A DNA stretch of 64,000 bases from a virus, in the IMG/VR virus record IMGVR_UViG_3300035696_001556, positions 1 through 64,000 of that record; one strand, given 5' to 3'. Positions within the stretch are counted from its first letter, which is position 1. Every line of letters starts with the position of its first letter. Both the position numbers and the translations under genes were made by a program. The notes under the pieces were generated by a model that saw only the letters and a program-made list of their open reading frames with translations, was not told where the DNA came from and did not search any database. Below, piece after piece: positions 29,105 through 40,003 of the stretch.

Positions 29105-32100
29105 ATGCCAGATAATATTGCTGGAATCAATGCAGGAGCAGATGCTCCTAATCCAAAACCAAGGACTCGAGTAGTGAAAACTGCTTCAACCGCTTCAGAT
29201 ACGGCACACAGAATGGCAAGAGCAAAAAGAGCTGTAATAGTACAGCAAAACGGTCCCGTAGAGGATAAGCCCAAAGCTCAACCACTTACTAAAAAAGAAA
29301 TAGAAGCTAGGATGTACAAAAAGTACTCCACCACTAGCTTTGGATTTAATAGTAGGCAGGCATACAACGGAACAAGTAACATAGATGTAAGTGGAAGTTC
29401 ACAGGGTAACTTCTACTCTCCTCAGCTGTCTACAGACTTCCTGGAAAAACCCCAGAACCTCCGTGAAAGACGCGCATGGTACAGGACCTTCTACAACAGT
29501 AATGAATTCGTGGGACAAGCTGTAGATCTTCATTCAACATTACCCATATCCAAAATAAAACTTGATAAGCCAAAATCCAATAACCAAGATTTTGCTGATT
29601 ATGTTTACGATTTCTTTGTAGAAATGTGTAACGATATCAAGTTGACAAAAACACTTTTGGAAATAAGTCATGAATATACGATTATGGGTAATTGCATTCC
29701 GGAAAACTCAATTATAAGGTGTATAGATGAGAATAAGATTGCTAGAGAAGTATGTGAAGGGGACTACATCTTAACTAACAAAAACAGATTTCGTAAGGTA
29801 TTAAAAGCAGTAACAAGGGAAGCAAATAAACTTCTAGAGATAACGGTGTGCAAAACTTTTGAAAAAATAGAATGCACGCCGGAGCATCCTATAGAAGTGT
29901 TGAGAGATGGAAAGTTTAAATTTGTCCAAGCAAAAAATCTTACAGAGAATGACTATATAAGAATTGTTTGGCCAGAAGAAAAAAAGGACATACAATCTCT
30001 ATGTTATACAGACTTTGATAATCTACAAAAAAACGAAAACGGTTATCAGTATGATGTGACCATACCTCGTAAAAAGAGTAATTTGGCTCATAAAAATAGA
30101 TTGTCTTTTTTAGGTTGGGCTAAAAGCTTAAAAAAGCCTACAATAATAACTCGTGATAAGCTGTCGAAAAAATTAGATATGAGAAGAAAAGAACTAGATT
30201 CTATTGTTCTACAGTTAAGAAAAGAAGGTTTTGATTTTACAAAAAGATTAGGAGCTACAGGATACCAAAAAGGATCTCAAGTAGCGTGGTATCCTTTGGA
30301 CGGATGTAAGTGTGACCAGATGTATATAATAACACGTACGCATAAGGTTAGAGCTCCGCATAATATAGACATAGATAACGATTTCTGTTACTTAGTGGGG
30401 TATTGGTTAGGAGACGGTACTCTTGCTAGAGACAATTCTAGAATAACTTGGGGAAGGGGTTTGTGGCAGATAGGGTTTGGAAACGGTTCAGAAGGCCATA
30501 TCCCAAAAATAGAGTCCATAATAAAAGAAAAGTTAGGGGATAAATGTCTTAAAAAGTGGACTAGTAATGGTATAACTTATTTGAAAGTTAAAGGTAATCC
30601 AGCTTTTATCGAATGGTGGTCTGAGAATTTTGGTGAAACCTCTCACGGAAACATACCTAAGAAAATTCCACAATGGTTTGTCAATCTTCCTATAAGAAAA
30701 TTAGAGAACTTTTTGGCAGGGATTATTGACTCTGATGGTTGTGTGAGTAAAAACGAAGAAGGCAGTGTTCAAATAGCAATGTCTTCAAAACCTATTATGG
30801 ATATGGTTAAAGACATATCTTTGAAATGTGGAACAGTATTCAATTATAGAAAAGAATCCTCGAGATTAGTTAAAACTCCAAACGGTAAATATTCAATGTC
30901 AAAAGGTATGTACATGTTGTACACCTCAGATAAAGAATCGTGCCGGATATTTACAAAAAACACATTTAAAAAAATGTTACCAGATGCCATTTTCCCTACA
31001 AGTAATAGGTTTTTCAAGAGACTTGGTAAGAATCTGGCTTTTAAAATAAGAAGTATTAATGACCTTCCTGGCCAACAGGTTTACAACTTCGAAATAGAAG
31101 AAGATCATACTTATAGTGTTAACGGATTTAGCACGCATAATTGTTTTGTCTTTTGCGAAGATCACGATCCCTATAGTAAGCAAGATGAACAAGGTAAAGA
31201 GGTATTAAAGGAAAAAGGTAAAGCTAAAACAAAAGAGCTTTATGAGAAATTTAAGGTCATCGATAAGGATCCAAACTATCAAGGCTTCAGACAGCTAATA
31301 ATACTTCCACCAGATCAGGTTAGGGTAAAAAAAGTCCCGCTGTCCGATGATATCCTTGTCGAGTTCGTGCCGGATCCAGAAACTAAAAAGACTATCATGG
31401 GTATGGTGGAAGGCAGTCCACTCTCTTATGATTACAGAATTTCGGATATAGACAGACAAAAAATACAAGACAAGTTACCAGAAGTTTTGTTTGACAGATT
31501 GAAAGACGGCGGAGCTATCCCGCTTGATACCGATCCTTATAGCGGATCTCATGTGTACCATCTTGCTCGAAAGAAATCCCAATATGAGACCATGGGAGTT
31601 TCAATCCTTGAAAGATGCGTGAATACTCTTCTGTATCAGGATAAACTTCGTCAGGCTCAGACTTCCATAGCATCCAGGCACATGACGCCTATCAGGGTTA
31701 TATGGGCTGAGGGCATGAGTGATAATGATACCGATGTGCTCAGAGAACAAGTTGACTTGTCTCTTGTAGATCCCGACTTCTCTATTGTTTCAAACTTTGA
31801 AATTCACTGGGATGAAATGGGAGCCAACGGAAGGTTATTGGACCTTACATCCGAATTTGAACACATAGAGAACGCTTTATTTGCAGGGTTGGGTGTTACG
31901 AGAGAGATCCTTACCGGTGAGGGTACGTATTCTGGAAACAGAATAAATCTTGAAATCCTCAATACACAGTATATGCTTTTCCGTGATCAACTTCAGGATT
32001 TCGTAGAAAACAATCTTTTCAAGCCAGTAGCCAAGAAAAAGGGATTCGAGGAAGAGGATAAGTTTGGCCGCAAGAAACTTCTTTATCCACATCTAAGTTT

Positions 32101-32560
32101 TTCTCGTTTGGCTGTAAGGGATAACGATGCATTCTTCGACCAGGCCTTCAACATGTATAACAAAGGATCTCTTTCTAGTGACATCATTCTTGACTTGATG
32201 AATATTGACGCTAATTCGAATAAGAAGAAATTGGAAGCCGATCTGTTTACGGTCAATGACTCCGCTTTCAACCAATTCTTGCAGGCCTTATACAATGCCG
32301 TGGGACCTCTGATGGCTGAGAAATATGATTTGATTGAGAAACTCGGTGATTATCTAGACATACATCCTTTGCCTACGCCTCCTGGAGGTGAAGGTGGCGA
32401 AGCTGGCGGGGCAGCTGGAGCCGGAGGACTTCCAGGTATGGGAAGATTTTCGACCGGTGGGCTCAATAAGAGTCAAGTAGCGGTTTTGAACAGACTTATC
32501 AGTTCAGCTTTAAAGAACCCGCAGAAACTGGATAAGATAATCAAGTTTCTGAATGGCTAA
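29105..32560 (+). CDS. Portal protein containing an intein
   Basis: WYRTFY...FVGQAVDLHSTLP, EY..GN|CF, LPPDQV, H.ARKKSQYE.MGVSIL, AGLGV..EIL.GEGTYS; located in the head module. Confidence 0.8.
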   Translation: MPDNIAGINAGADAPNPKPRTRVVKTASTASDTAHRMARAKRAVIVQQNGPVEDKPKAQPLTKKEIEARMYKKYSTTSFGFNSRQAYNGTSNIDVSGSSQGNFYSPQLSTDFLEKPQNLRERRAWYRTFYNSNEFVGQAVDLHSTLPISKIKLDKPKSNNQDFADYVYDFFVEMCNDIKLTKTLLEISHEYTIMGNCIPENSIIRCIDENKIAREVCEGDYILTNKNRFRKVLKAVTREANKLLEITVCKTFEKIECTPEHPIEVLRDGKFKFVQAKNLTENDYIRIVWPEEKKDIQSLCYTDFDNLQKNENGYQYDVTIPRKKSNLAHKNRLSFLGWAKSLKKPTIITRDKLSKKLDMRRKELDSIVLQLRKEGFDFTKRLGATGYQKGSQVAWYPLDGCKCDQMYIITRTHKVRAPHNIDIDNDFCYLVGYWLGDGTLARDNSRITWGRGLWQIGFGNGSEGHIPKIESIIKEKLGDKCLKKWTSNGITYLKVKGNPAFIEWWSENFGETSHGNIPKKIPQWFVNLPIRKLENFLAGIIDSDGCVSKNEEGSVQIAMSSKPIMDMVKDISLKCGTVFNYRKESSRLVKTPNGKYSMSKGMYMLYTSDKESCRIFTKNTFKKMLPDAIFPTSNRFFKRLGKNLAFKIRSINDLPGQQVYNFEIEEDHTYSVNGFSTHNCFVFCEDHDPYSKQDEQGKEVLKEKGKAKTKELYEKFKVIDKDPNYQGFRQLIILPPDQVRVKKVPLSDDILVEFVPDPETKKTIMGMVEGSPLSYDYRISDIDRQKIQDKLPEVLFDRLKDGGAIPLDTDPYSGSHVYHLARKKSQYETMGVSILERCVNTLLYQDKLRQAQTSIASRHMTPIRVIWAEGMSDNDTDVLREQVDLSLVDPDFSIVSNFEIHWDEMGANGRLLDLTSEFEHIENALFAGLGVTREILTGEGTYSGNRINLEILNTQYMLFRDQLQDFVENNLFKPVAKKKGFEEEDKFGRKKLLYPHLSFSRLAVRDNDAFFDQAFNMYNKGSLSSDIILDLMNIDANSNKKKLEADLFTVNDSAFNQFLQALYNAVGPLMAEKYDLIEKLGDYLDIHPLPTPPGGEGGEAGGAAGAGGLPGMGRFSTGGLNKSQVAVLNRLISSALKNPQKLDKIIKFLNG
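29693..31141 (+). mobile_element. Intein (483 aa) with LAGLIDADG endonuclease in the portal
   Basis: N-term CIPENS, TPEHP, VGYWLGDG, LAGIIDSDG, C-term VYNFEIEEDHTYSVNGFSTHN|C. Confidence 0.92.
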
Positions 32561-32569
32561 AGGCTAATA

Positions 32570-32932
32570 ATGTTTAAATGTATTTCGCAATACGTGAGGA
32601 GCATAGCTGCAGGTCTTTTGGAGGATGATACTCCTTCGGACAGGGATATTAAAGAAAAAAGGAAAGTTAAGGATCCTGCACAAAGGCTCGAGACCATTCA
32701 AAACGAACCCGAAGAAAAATCCGAGACAGAAAACGAACCAGAAAAGCAAGCACTTCCGGATATCCAAACGAGAGATGAAAGGACTACCAAAAGGCCCTAT
32801 ATAAAACCTCCTAGAAGATTGCCCCCATTTAAATCTGAATGGAAAGGCGAAGATTCCAGGGAAAAACGCAAAGAATATCAGAAGGAATACAGGGCTGAAC
32901 ACGGCAGCGGATATTTTAGGAAAACAAAATAA
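32570..32932 (+). CDS. hypothetical protein
   Basis: ORF in the head operon. Confidence 0.65.
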   Translation: MFKCISQYVRSIAAGLLEDDTPSDRDIKEKRKVKDPAQRLETIQNEPEEKSETENEPEKQALPDIQTRDERTTKRPYIKPPRRLPPFKSEWKGEDSREKRKEYQKEYRAEHGSGYFRKTK

Positions 32933-32942
32933 GGAGTCGGTT

Positions 32943-33260
32943 ATGGGAAAGATACCAAGACCCTTGATTAAGCAGATAGAGAATTTCGATGAGATCATCA
33001 AAGCTCTAAATGGACTTATCGATGGTAAGATAAAGTTAGAGCACTATGATGATAAGTTTCTTGAAACTTTAGCAGATATCCGTAAAAAAGGATTAGAGCT
33101 GAGAGATGAGTTAGAGGTATTTAAGAACAAACTCGGTGTAGCGGTACAGGAAGAGTATGAAGCTGAACCAGAAGACCTAAGTTCAAGATTTGGATCAACA
33201 ACATCGGCAAAGAGTGTAATATCTTCATTTTTAACCAAAACAGTAGAATATAGATCTTAA
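32943..33260 (+). CDS. hypothetical protein
   Basis: aaggag RBS. Confidence 0.7.
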   Translation: MGKIPRPLIKQIENFDEIIKALNGLIDGKIKLEHYDDKFLETLADIRKKGLELRDELEVFKNKLGVAVQEEYEAEPEDLSSRFGSTTSAKSVISSFLTKTVEYRS

Positions 33261-33275
33261 TAACTTATTAATATT
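33258..33275 (+). promoter_or_regulatory. 18-bp conserved intergenic motif
   Basis: taataacttattaatatt. Confidence 0.5.
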
Positions 33276-33339
33276 GTTTCGAACTTTGTAGTATAAGCAC
33301 TTACTGGTGTTTGTGTATTGCTATCAATAAAGGATCACT

Positions 33340-34551
33340 ATGGCTAAAAAAGAAGAAAAGAAATCTGTTAAGCCTTCAGAAAAGAAAATGGTGAACAATA
33401 TCCTTTTGAAACATCCTGAAGTGCTGCACAGCGTTAGAAATCTGTTTAGAAACGAAAATGGTAGGACCATCGTTGAAGACAGAGTACCACGCGGTGATCC
33501 AGACCGTAAAGGCGTGGGACAACCGTTTTGTCAGGCTGATCTAACGGATCCTGATTTACGCAATCTAGCCAAATATGCTTCCGGTATCTTAGACGAACAC
33601 CTTCTCAAATACGACGAAAAAACGGCACACGAAGATGCGCTACATCGTGCTATAAATGAATTAGAGGGTGGAAAGTATGCCGGTAAAGTTAACACAAACA
33701 CTTTTAATTTGATTTTATCCACCATGGAGAAACGCAAGCCTAATCAACCAAGAAAAGCTAGTGATTATTCAGTATATCCAGAAAATACTTCCAATGAAGT
33801 TAAGGAGGATCCGATGTCCAGATCAGAAGAGATTAAAAGTTTAGAGGCAAAACTTGCCGGTCTTAAGAATCAGGAGACTATGGAGAGAATAGCTGATTTT
33901 ATAGTGAAGCAAACTCCTGAAGAGAGAGAAGTACTCAAGGCCATGATCAAAGCCGCTGCAGATCAAAACGATCCAAAGCGTTGGCAGAAGACCATGGATG
34001 CTATCGGCATGAAGGGTACTAAAGGCAAACAGGCTGCTGAAGAGTCCAAGGAAGACAAAGAAAAAGAAGAAAAGGCAGTAGAGAAAGCTACTGGAAAACC
34101 TCATGATGAAAGTGAGCCAGGTCACGAGGAAAAAGAGACAAAGAAGGAAAAAGAAATAGAGGAGAAGGCAGTTGGAGAGGAAGAGGGTCTTCAAAAAAAA
34201 GATAAGGCTAAAGGGGAAGAAAAAGATGCCTCGGCTGTAGTCAAGGAACTTGGAGAAATAGCCGGTGAACTAGAAGCTACAAAAGACTACGATCTCTTCA
34301 AAGTTGCATATCAGCTTGACCAGATTGCAGATGTTCTTGAAGGCAAGAAATCAGCTGCGACCCTGGACAGCGATCAGGATGAAAAATACATGAGGGAAGC
34401 TTTTCAGTGGACTGTATACAAGAAAGAGCCCGATGAAAAGTTTATGACTTCATTTGCGACAGATAAGACTCAAGAGATCTTCAAAGCCTATGAGAAACTA
34501 CCTTATGGGGTCGTAGATACTCCGCAAATGCAGGTTCCTAGTCTCAAGTAA
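33340..34551 (+). CDS. Charged head-associated hypothetical protein
   Basis: K/E-rich, several KxA motifs; possible internal start (aggagg-atccg-ATG near 33814). Confidence 0.7.
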   Translation: MAKKEEKKSVKPSEKKMVNNILLKHPEVLHSVRNLFRNENGRTIVEDRVPRGDPDRKGVGQPFCQADLTDPDLRNLAKYASGILDEHLLKYDEKTAHEDALHRAINELEGGKYAGKVNTNTFNLILSTMEKRKPNQPRKASDYSVYPENTSNEVKEDPMSRSEEIKSLEAKLAGLKNQETMERIADFIVKQTPEEREVLKAMIKAAADQNDPKRWQKTMDAIGMKGTKGKQAAEESKEDKEKEEKAVEKATGKPHDESEPGHEEKETKKEKEIEEKAVGEEEGLQKKDKAKGEEKDASAVVKELGEIAGELEATKDYDLFKVAYQLDQIADVLEGKKSAATLDSDQDEKYMREAFQWTVYKKEPDEKFMTSFATDKTQEIFKAYEKLPYGVVDTPQMQVPSLK

Positions 34552-34579
34552 TCTTGTAACTGTCGAGAGAGGTATTATC

Positions 34580-35143
34580 ATGCAGAACTATCCTCCGAAT
34601 AAATCTGCCGTAGCGACAACTTTCAAAATTGGTGACCCGGTTAAGTGGGTCATAAGCGAAACGCAGATTTCTCCTTATATCGGAGTAGTGACTGAGATAT
34701 GCCCGAATGTTAACAAACTTTGGATCGAATTCCCTATCGGGGGTAGCCAGCAGCTTTCTCCTGAAGATGTGATACTGGTACCCCCTGAACAAGGGATCCC
34801 CGTGATCCAGAGAGAGACAGGATACAGTAGCTTTGAAAAAGAAAGATCTAAACGTGACTATGGAGCTTTTGGATCCCCAAAGAACATAAAACTTGCCGAA
34901 GAGATCTTGGCAAAAAAGTTCAATATCGATGTAGACACTTATCGTTTCAGTAAAATGGCTGCTTCGATAGCCCGTAAATTTGCTACCGAAGTAGTGGAAA
35001 AAGTGGCCTCGGATATTTTAGGTTGTAAAGAGAGTGGTCTTACGGATATCCAAGCGTACCAAAGTATCTATAAAAGATATGCCTCGAAATGCTCCGATGG
35101 GTTTATAAAGCACGCTATTCAGAAGATCTATGAATTAAAATAA
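34580..35143 (+). CDS. hypothetical protein with SH3/KOW-like N-terminal region
   Basis: FKIGDPVKW...GVVTEI. Confidence 0.6.
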   Translation: MQNYPPNKSAVATTFKIGDPVKWVISETQISPYIGVVTEICPNVNKLWIEFPIGGSQQLSPEDVILVPPEQGIPVIQRETGYSSFEKERSKRDYGAFGSPKNIKLAEEILAKKFNIDVDTYRFSKMAASIARKFATEVVEKVASDILGCKESGLTDIQAYQSIYKRYASKCSDGFIKHAIQKIYELK

Positions 35144-35155
35144 GGTGTAATTTTT

Positions 35156-38074
35156 ATGGCAATGTATAGAAACGGATTCCATACTGCTGCTTTGGTAACA
35201 CCTATAGTAGATCCGTTTAAATGGGTAGAACAAAAAGTACCCGCCAGTAGAGTAAAAATAGCTCGTACTGCTATAGCTCATTATGACCCCTTCAGATGGC
35301 TTCTTAGCCATGCCACTATTATAGCCTCTGTTGATGTTGACTCTGCGGATTCCAAAGATAAAAAAAGCAACTATCTTATTAAACCCGAATATTCAGCTTT
35401 TGTAAATAATAATGGAGACTGTTGGGAAAGAGAGCTCCTGAAAGTTACCTACAAAACTTTCTTAGGTGCTGATAATTTTTGTTTTCCTGCTGGTACAAGA
35501 GTTTTGATGTCTGATGGAACATACAAGGCAATTGAACTTATTAAAGAAGGAGACAAAGTAATAAATCGTAAAGGTGAGATAGGAATAGTAACTAAAACTT
35601 TTACACGTGGAACAGAAGATTTAGTAGAACTCTCCGGTACTAATGTTTTATCCAGAAAGATATTTGCTACAGATAATCATCCTTTTTGGGTCTATAGAGC
35701 TCGTAAAACTTGCCCGAAAACAGGGAGGCCTAATCTTTTTGATAAGGACAAAGATTTTTGGCATCTTGATACTTGGAGAGGTTTTTCTGTTGGAGTTCAT
35801 ACAGATAAAGATGAAGAATATCCAAGTGGGTTGACCCCAGATTGGGTTAAAGCTTCCGAGATAGATTCAGATCATGAATTTTTCACCCATCCCATATCTT
35901 CTGTTGAAGTGTCAAACGAAGAAGTTAATATCAATAGAGCTGAATTAATAGGTTGGTTTTTGGCAGAAGGTTCGTATGATCAAAAAAACGTTTCTTCTGA
36001 GGAAGAATCAGGAGTGTCTTTTGCTTTAGGTAATGATGAGATAGATATAGCTAATAGATTATCAGAATTGTTAATTAAAGAGTTTGGAGATAATTTTAGG
36101 GCCGATTGCAAACCTAGAATATATGAAACTCAGTCTGGATCCTATACCCTTACCATAAGTAATAAAAAAGTTGCAGATTATTTTAAAAAATGGTGCGGTA
36201 AGTATGCCTGGGCTAAAAAGCTACCTGAAGAAGCTATGTGGCTTCCTAAAAACTTGCAGGCTGTAATTCTAAAGAATTGTATATGTGGAGATGGCTCTGG
36301 CGCGGTAGTTTCTAGAGGTTATTCTCTAGAAATGAAATCCCAAGCTTTAATACAACAGTTTAATTGGATATCTTGGAGATTAGGGTTACTTCCAACATAT
36401 AGAGAAACAGGTGTGCTCCCACGTTATACGGAATGTGAAATTGTCGACGGTTTTGAAATTTATTTAGATCCAAGTACTGGTAAAAAGTCAAGACCAGGAT
36501 ATTTGTTACGTTTTTCAACCAGAGATTCTAAAAAATTGAATGAAATAGTCGACATTGAAGATCTGTTGATGTCTGATAGACTGTCTAAAAAATATGCGCA
36601 TTCTTTTTATACCGAAGAAGGTAAATGGATCGTATCTAAAATAGACTATACTAAAGCAACAAAGCTTAGATGCACAGTCTATAATATCGAAGTGGAAGGG
36701 GATAACTCGTATGTTGTAGAGGGTGTTATAGTTCATAACTGTGAACACGTACAGATCCCAGAACTATCAAAAGGAAAAGTAATTGATGTTGCTTTAAGAG
36801 AAGTCCCAATAGGTAAAGATGTAAACGGTAAAGATATTAATACTTTGTATGTGGATATCCTTATAGCTACAAACAAAGATCATGTTGATTTAGTAGAAAA
36901 AATAAAAGATGGATCATACAATAGTGTGTCGATGGGTTGTTTAATTGCCTATAGTCAATGTTCCAAATGTGGCAGGATAGCTGCAGACGAAACTAAACTT
37001 TGCAACGACATTAAGTTTTATAAAAAAAATTATTTTTTTGACAAAAACGGAATTAAAAGGATTATAGCAGAGCTGTGCGGTAGGGCAGAAGATCCTGGTA
37101 GTTGTAAATTCATAGATGCATCTTGGGTAAGAAAACCAGCATTCGCAGGTGCAGTCCTTCGCAATTTAGTTGAGCCTTCCCCAGACATTTCCGAGAAGAT
37201 CACAAGATTTGTCAATGTGCCTTCATTTGAACCTCAGCCAGGTATGATTTTGAGAGCGGCTTCGGAAGCAGCTAGCTTGGTAAAAGAAATCAAAGCTCAA
37301 GATGAAAAGCCTCAGCCAGAAAAATCAGATTCTCCTCCAGTTCTTAAAGACCCAGCTGCTAAGGATCCGGCTGCTCCAGCAAAAGATGATACTGATTTCC
37401 CTGCAGGACCTGAGAGCGACACCCCATTGAAATTGGATGAGCCTCCAACAGAAGGTGCATCTCCAGGGACTCCGCCTGCGGAAGGTGCGGCTCCAGGAGC
37501 TCCTCCAGAAGGATCTCCGATGCCTCCGCCCGAGGGAGCACCAGCTGAACCTCAGATCCAAGAGCCTTCTGAAGATGCTACGGTAAAAGAAGTTGAGGAT
37601 ATGATGACGAAACAAATCCTCAACAAGATTAGGAGAAAGTTATTGAAAGATGAAGTACAACAGAAAATTCCTGAGAATGAAAGACCTATGGATAATACAT
37701 CCACAAACTCTACTTTTATCAAAGATGCCAACATTAGGGCAAAGTTAATTAAGTTGGCAAAGGATTCGGGGAATGAAAGATTACTGAACGGAATAATGAT
37801 ATTATCCAATATAAAGGATTGGAATAATTTCAAAAAATATGGTTACACGAAAAATGACGTAATAGGATTGTTGCACTTTGTGGACAAGAACATATCCGCG
37901 AATCCTATAGGGTCAGATGCTGTTATGGCTTTGTCTAGGATAAAAGCGGCAAGTGATGATCCTACAGCTTTTTTTACTGAGATGATTATAGAAACAGGTA
38001 GAAAACCTACAGTAAAAGAAGCTAAAAAGCTAATAAAGTGGGCTAAGATCATATCAAATTTTAAAGATGTCTAA
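35156..38074 (+). CDS. Prohead (maturation) protease with intein and Pro-rich linker
   Basis: NNNGDCW, NF|CEH, KGKVID, VSMGC, DASWV..PAF; lies upstream of scaffold and capsid genes. Confidence 0.75.
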   Translation: MAMYRNGFHTAALVTPIVDPFKWVEQKVPASRVKIARTAIAHYDPFRWLLSHATIIASVDVDSADSKDKKSNYLIKPEYSAFVNNNGDCWERELLKVTYKTFLGADNFCFPAGTRVLMSDGTYKAIELIKEGDKVINRKGEIGIVTKTFTRGTEDLVELSGTNVLSRKIFATDNHPFWVYRARKTCPKTGRPNLFDKDKDFWHLDTWRGFSVGVHTDKDEEYPSGLTPDWVKASEIDSDHEFFTHPISSVEVSNEEVNINRAELIGWFLAEGSYDQKNVSSEEESGVSFALGNDEIDIANRLSELLIKEFGDNFRADCKPRIYETQSGSYTLTISNKKVADYFKKWCGKYAWAKKLPEEAMWLPKNLQAVILKNCICGDGSGAVVSRGYSLEMKSQALIQQFNWISWRLGLLPTYRETGVLPRYTECEIVDGFEIYLDPSTGKKSRPGYLLRFSTRDSKKLNEIVDIEDLLMSDRLSKKYAHSFYTEEGKWIVSKIDYTKATKLRCTVYNIEVEGDNSYVVEGVIVHNCEHVQIPELSKGKVIDVALREVPIGKDVNGKDINTLYVDILIATNKDHVDLVEKIKDGSYNSVSMGCLIAYSQCSKCGRIAADETKLCNDIKFYKKNYFFDKNGIKRIIAELCGRAEDPGSCKFIDASWVRKPAFAGAVLRNLVEPSPDISEKITRFVNVPSFEPQPGMILRAASEAASLVKEIKAQDEKPQPEKSDSPPVLKDPAAKDPAAPAKDDTDFPAGPESDTPLKLDEPPTEGASPGTPPAEGAAPGAPPEGSPMPPPEGAPAEPQIQEPSEDATVKEVEDMMTKQILNKIRRKLLKDEVQQKIPENERPMDNTSTNSTFIKDANIRAKLIKLAKDSGNERLLNGIMILSNIKDWNNFKKYGYTKNDVIGLLHFVDKNISANPIGSDAVMALSRIKAASDDPTAFFTEMIIETGRKPTVKEAKKLIKWAKIISNFKDV
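35480..36739 (+). mobile_element. Intein (420 aa) with LAGLIDADG endonuclease in the protease
   Basis: CFPAGT, TDNHPF, IGWFLAEGS, CICGDGS, VYNIEVEGDNSYVVEGVIVHN|C. Confidence 0.92.
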
Positions 38075-38085
38075 AGAAGATTTTG

Positions 38086-38103
38086 TAATACTCTATTAAT
38101 ATT
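38086..38103 (+). promoter_or_regulatory. 18-bp conserved intergenic motif upstream of the scaffold/capsid operon
   Basis: taatactctattaatatt (consensus copy). Confidence 0.65.
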
Positions 38104-38166
38104 GATTTTTTAAGTGATTGTAAATTAGTCTTTGATTAGATATAAAAATTTACAGGAGGGTGCTAC

Positions 38167-39279
38167 ATGACGAGAGAACGCCTAACAAAAAGAGCTGCCG
38201 AAGCCATTGGTGACAAGGGCACAGGCATTATGAATGATCCGTATCAGGTTAACAATCCAGAGCACGAAAAGAACGACCCTAATTACAGCGAATATGCTAA
38301 GGGTGATCCTAGTGCTTGGGCCGAAGACGTTGTGACAGATCTTCCGGGTGGACCAAAAGACAAAAGAATTCCAGATCTACACGTTCCTGAGATCACAGCT
38401 AAGATGGCTGCAGAAGCTATTCAGGCTGGGCGTAAACTCGAAGAAAAAGCTGTGAAGTGCATTGTCGCCTCTCAGCGTATCCTTCCTGGAGCAGCCGATC
38501 CTGTTATCGAAAGCCAGGCTGCAGATCTTATGCATCTTCCGGACAACATGGTTGATTCTCTGCTAGGTCGTCAGGAAGAACTTGCAAACACTATCGCAAA
38601 AGCTGCTTCTGATTCTGCCGAGGAATCCAAAGAAGAGAAAAAAGAAGAAGGCGATAAGAAAGAAGAGAAGGATTCTGGAGAGATTCCTGAGGGTTTGAAG
38701 AAATTCCAGGAAGAGAAGAAAGAGGAAGGCAAGAAAGAAGACGATAAGAAAGAGGAGAAGGAAAAGGATTCAGCATCTGAATGCAAAGAAGAGAAGAAGG
38801 ACGAGGATAAGAAAGAAGAGAAGAAGGAAGAAAAAGATGCTGCCATGTCTCCTGAAGAGAAAAAGGCTTGGGGCGAGAAGATGAAGAAACTCAGAGATAA
38901 GAAAGCCGCCGTAGAAGCCGAAATAGCAGAACTTGAAAAGTCTTCAGCTTCAGAGGAAGATAAGAAGGAAGAGAAGAAGGAAGAGGACAAGAAGGAAGAG
39001 AAGGACGCAGGATCAGAGGAAAAGAAGGAAGAGGATAAGAAGGAAGATAAAGAAGCTGTTTGCAAAGAGGAGAAGGCAGAAGAGAAGGCAGAGGAAAAAG
39101 AGAAGGATGCTTCTCAGACTCTTCTCGATGATATCTTCTCAGGCGTTATCGCTTCCGATACCAAGAAAGGCGCAAAAAGCCTTAGTGGTCTGGTAAAGAA
39201 AGAAGCTTCGGAAACAAGTTCAGATCCTCTTAGCGGAGTATGGAGAACTGATCCGGACGTATCAGAATATTTCAAGTAA
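38167..39279 (+). CDS. Capsid scaffolding protein (K/E-rich)
   Basis: Low-complexity EEKKEEDKK repeats; lies between protease and capsid genes. Confidence 0.7.
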   Translation: MTRERLTKRAAEAIGDKGTGIMNDPYQVNNPEHEKNDPNYSEYAKGDPSAWAEDVVTDLPGGPKDKRIPDLHVPEITAKMAAEAIQAGRKLEEKAVKCIVASQRILPGAADPVIESQAADLMHLPDNMVDSLLGRQEELANTIAKAASDSAEESKEEKKEEGDKKEEKDSGEIPEGLKKFQEEKKEEGKKEDDKKEEKEKDSASECKEEKKDEDKKEEKKEEKDAAMSPEEKKAWGEKMKKLRDKKAAVEAEIAELEKSSASEEDKKEEKKEEDKKEEKDAGSEEKKEEDKKEDKEAVCKEEKAEEKAEEKEKDASQTLLDDIFSGVIASDTKKGAKSLSGLVKKEASETSSDPLSGVWRTDPDVSEYFK

Positions 39280-39353
39280 TCGAGGGATACAGGTTATACC
39301 CGCCAATAAGTTTTGGATAGGGTGAGTTTCACAAATCTTAAGGAGGTTTTACC

Positions 39354-39917
39354 ATGATCGGTGAAGCATCAGGCATAGTCCCAGATAGAGGCATGAACAT
39401 ACTCTACCGTGTGACTTTAAACTCTCTGGGTAAACTGACAGATGCCGGTTTGACTCAGAACAACTACTCCAGCACACAGCAACTAGCAAACACCCGTTTG
39501 AGCACTTCGACTCCGAAGGGTATCCTTGCTGGTAGTGTCGTTGCAGTAGGAACAGTTAGCGGGACCATCGTTGCAGCTACTGGTGGAGTTACGGGTGCAG
39601 ATTCTAATACTCCAGTCGGTATTGCTGAGAACAACGCAGTGGGTTATCCTTATGAGTCCATGTCAGGTGTTGGCTCAGGAAAGGCCCCATATCTTGCAGG
39701 TTCCGGTTCAGTTTTCGCAACAGATCTTTACGAGACCGCAAATGTTAGTGGTTCAGCCTATTCAACCGGATTTGTTTCTGGTTGCTTGGTCTATGCTTCT
39801 GCAAACGGTCTATTGTGCCCGGTCGAGGACACAGGTCGCGGTGGCACGGTTATCGGTGTTTGTTTAACAGCTCCGTCAACAACGGATCCGTTCATGGTCG
39901 TCCAGATGAGGATATAA
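39354..39917 (+). CDS. Capsid decoration/cement-like protein
   Basis: Small Gly/Ser/Thr-rich protein just before the capsid gene; G.LVYAS.NGLL...VIGVC..AP pattern. Confidence 0.6.
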   Translation: MIGEASGIVPDRGMNILYRVTLNSLGKLTDAGLTQNNYSSTQQLANTRLSTSTPKGILAGSVVAVGTVSGTIVAATGGVTGADSNTPVGIAENNAVGYPYESMSGVGSGKAPYLAGSGSVFATDLYETANVSGSAYSTGFVSGCLVYASANGLLCPVEDTGRGGTVIGVCLTAPSTTDPFMVVQMRI

Positions 39918-40003
39918 CAGTTAGGGGGTTAACGCCCCCATCTGTTTTACTTTTGGGCACATGAAATTGGGTATTTACAAAAGTTTTTAAGGAGGTTTTT
40001 ACC

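Noticed and set aside
38571-39196. Ser/Phe-rich minus ORFs and an Arg-rich alternative-frame ORF
   Set aside because: Artefacts of the purine-rich K/E repeats of the scaffold gene.
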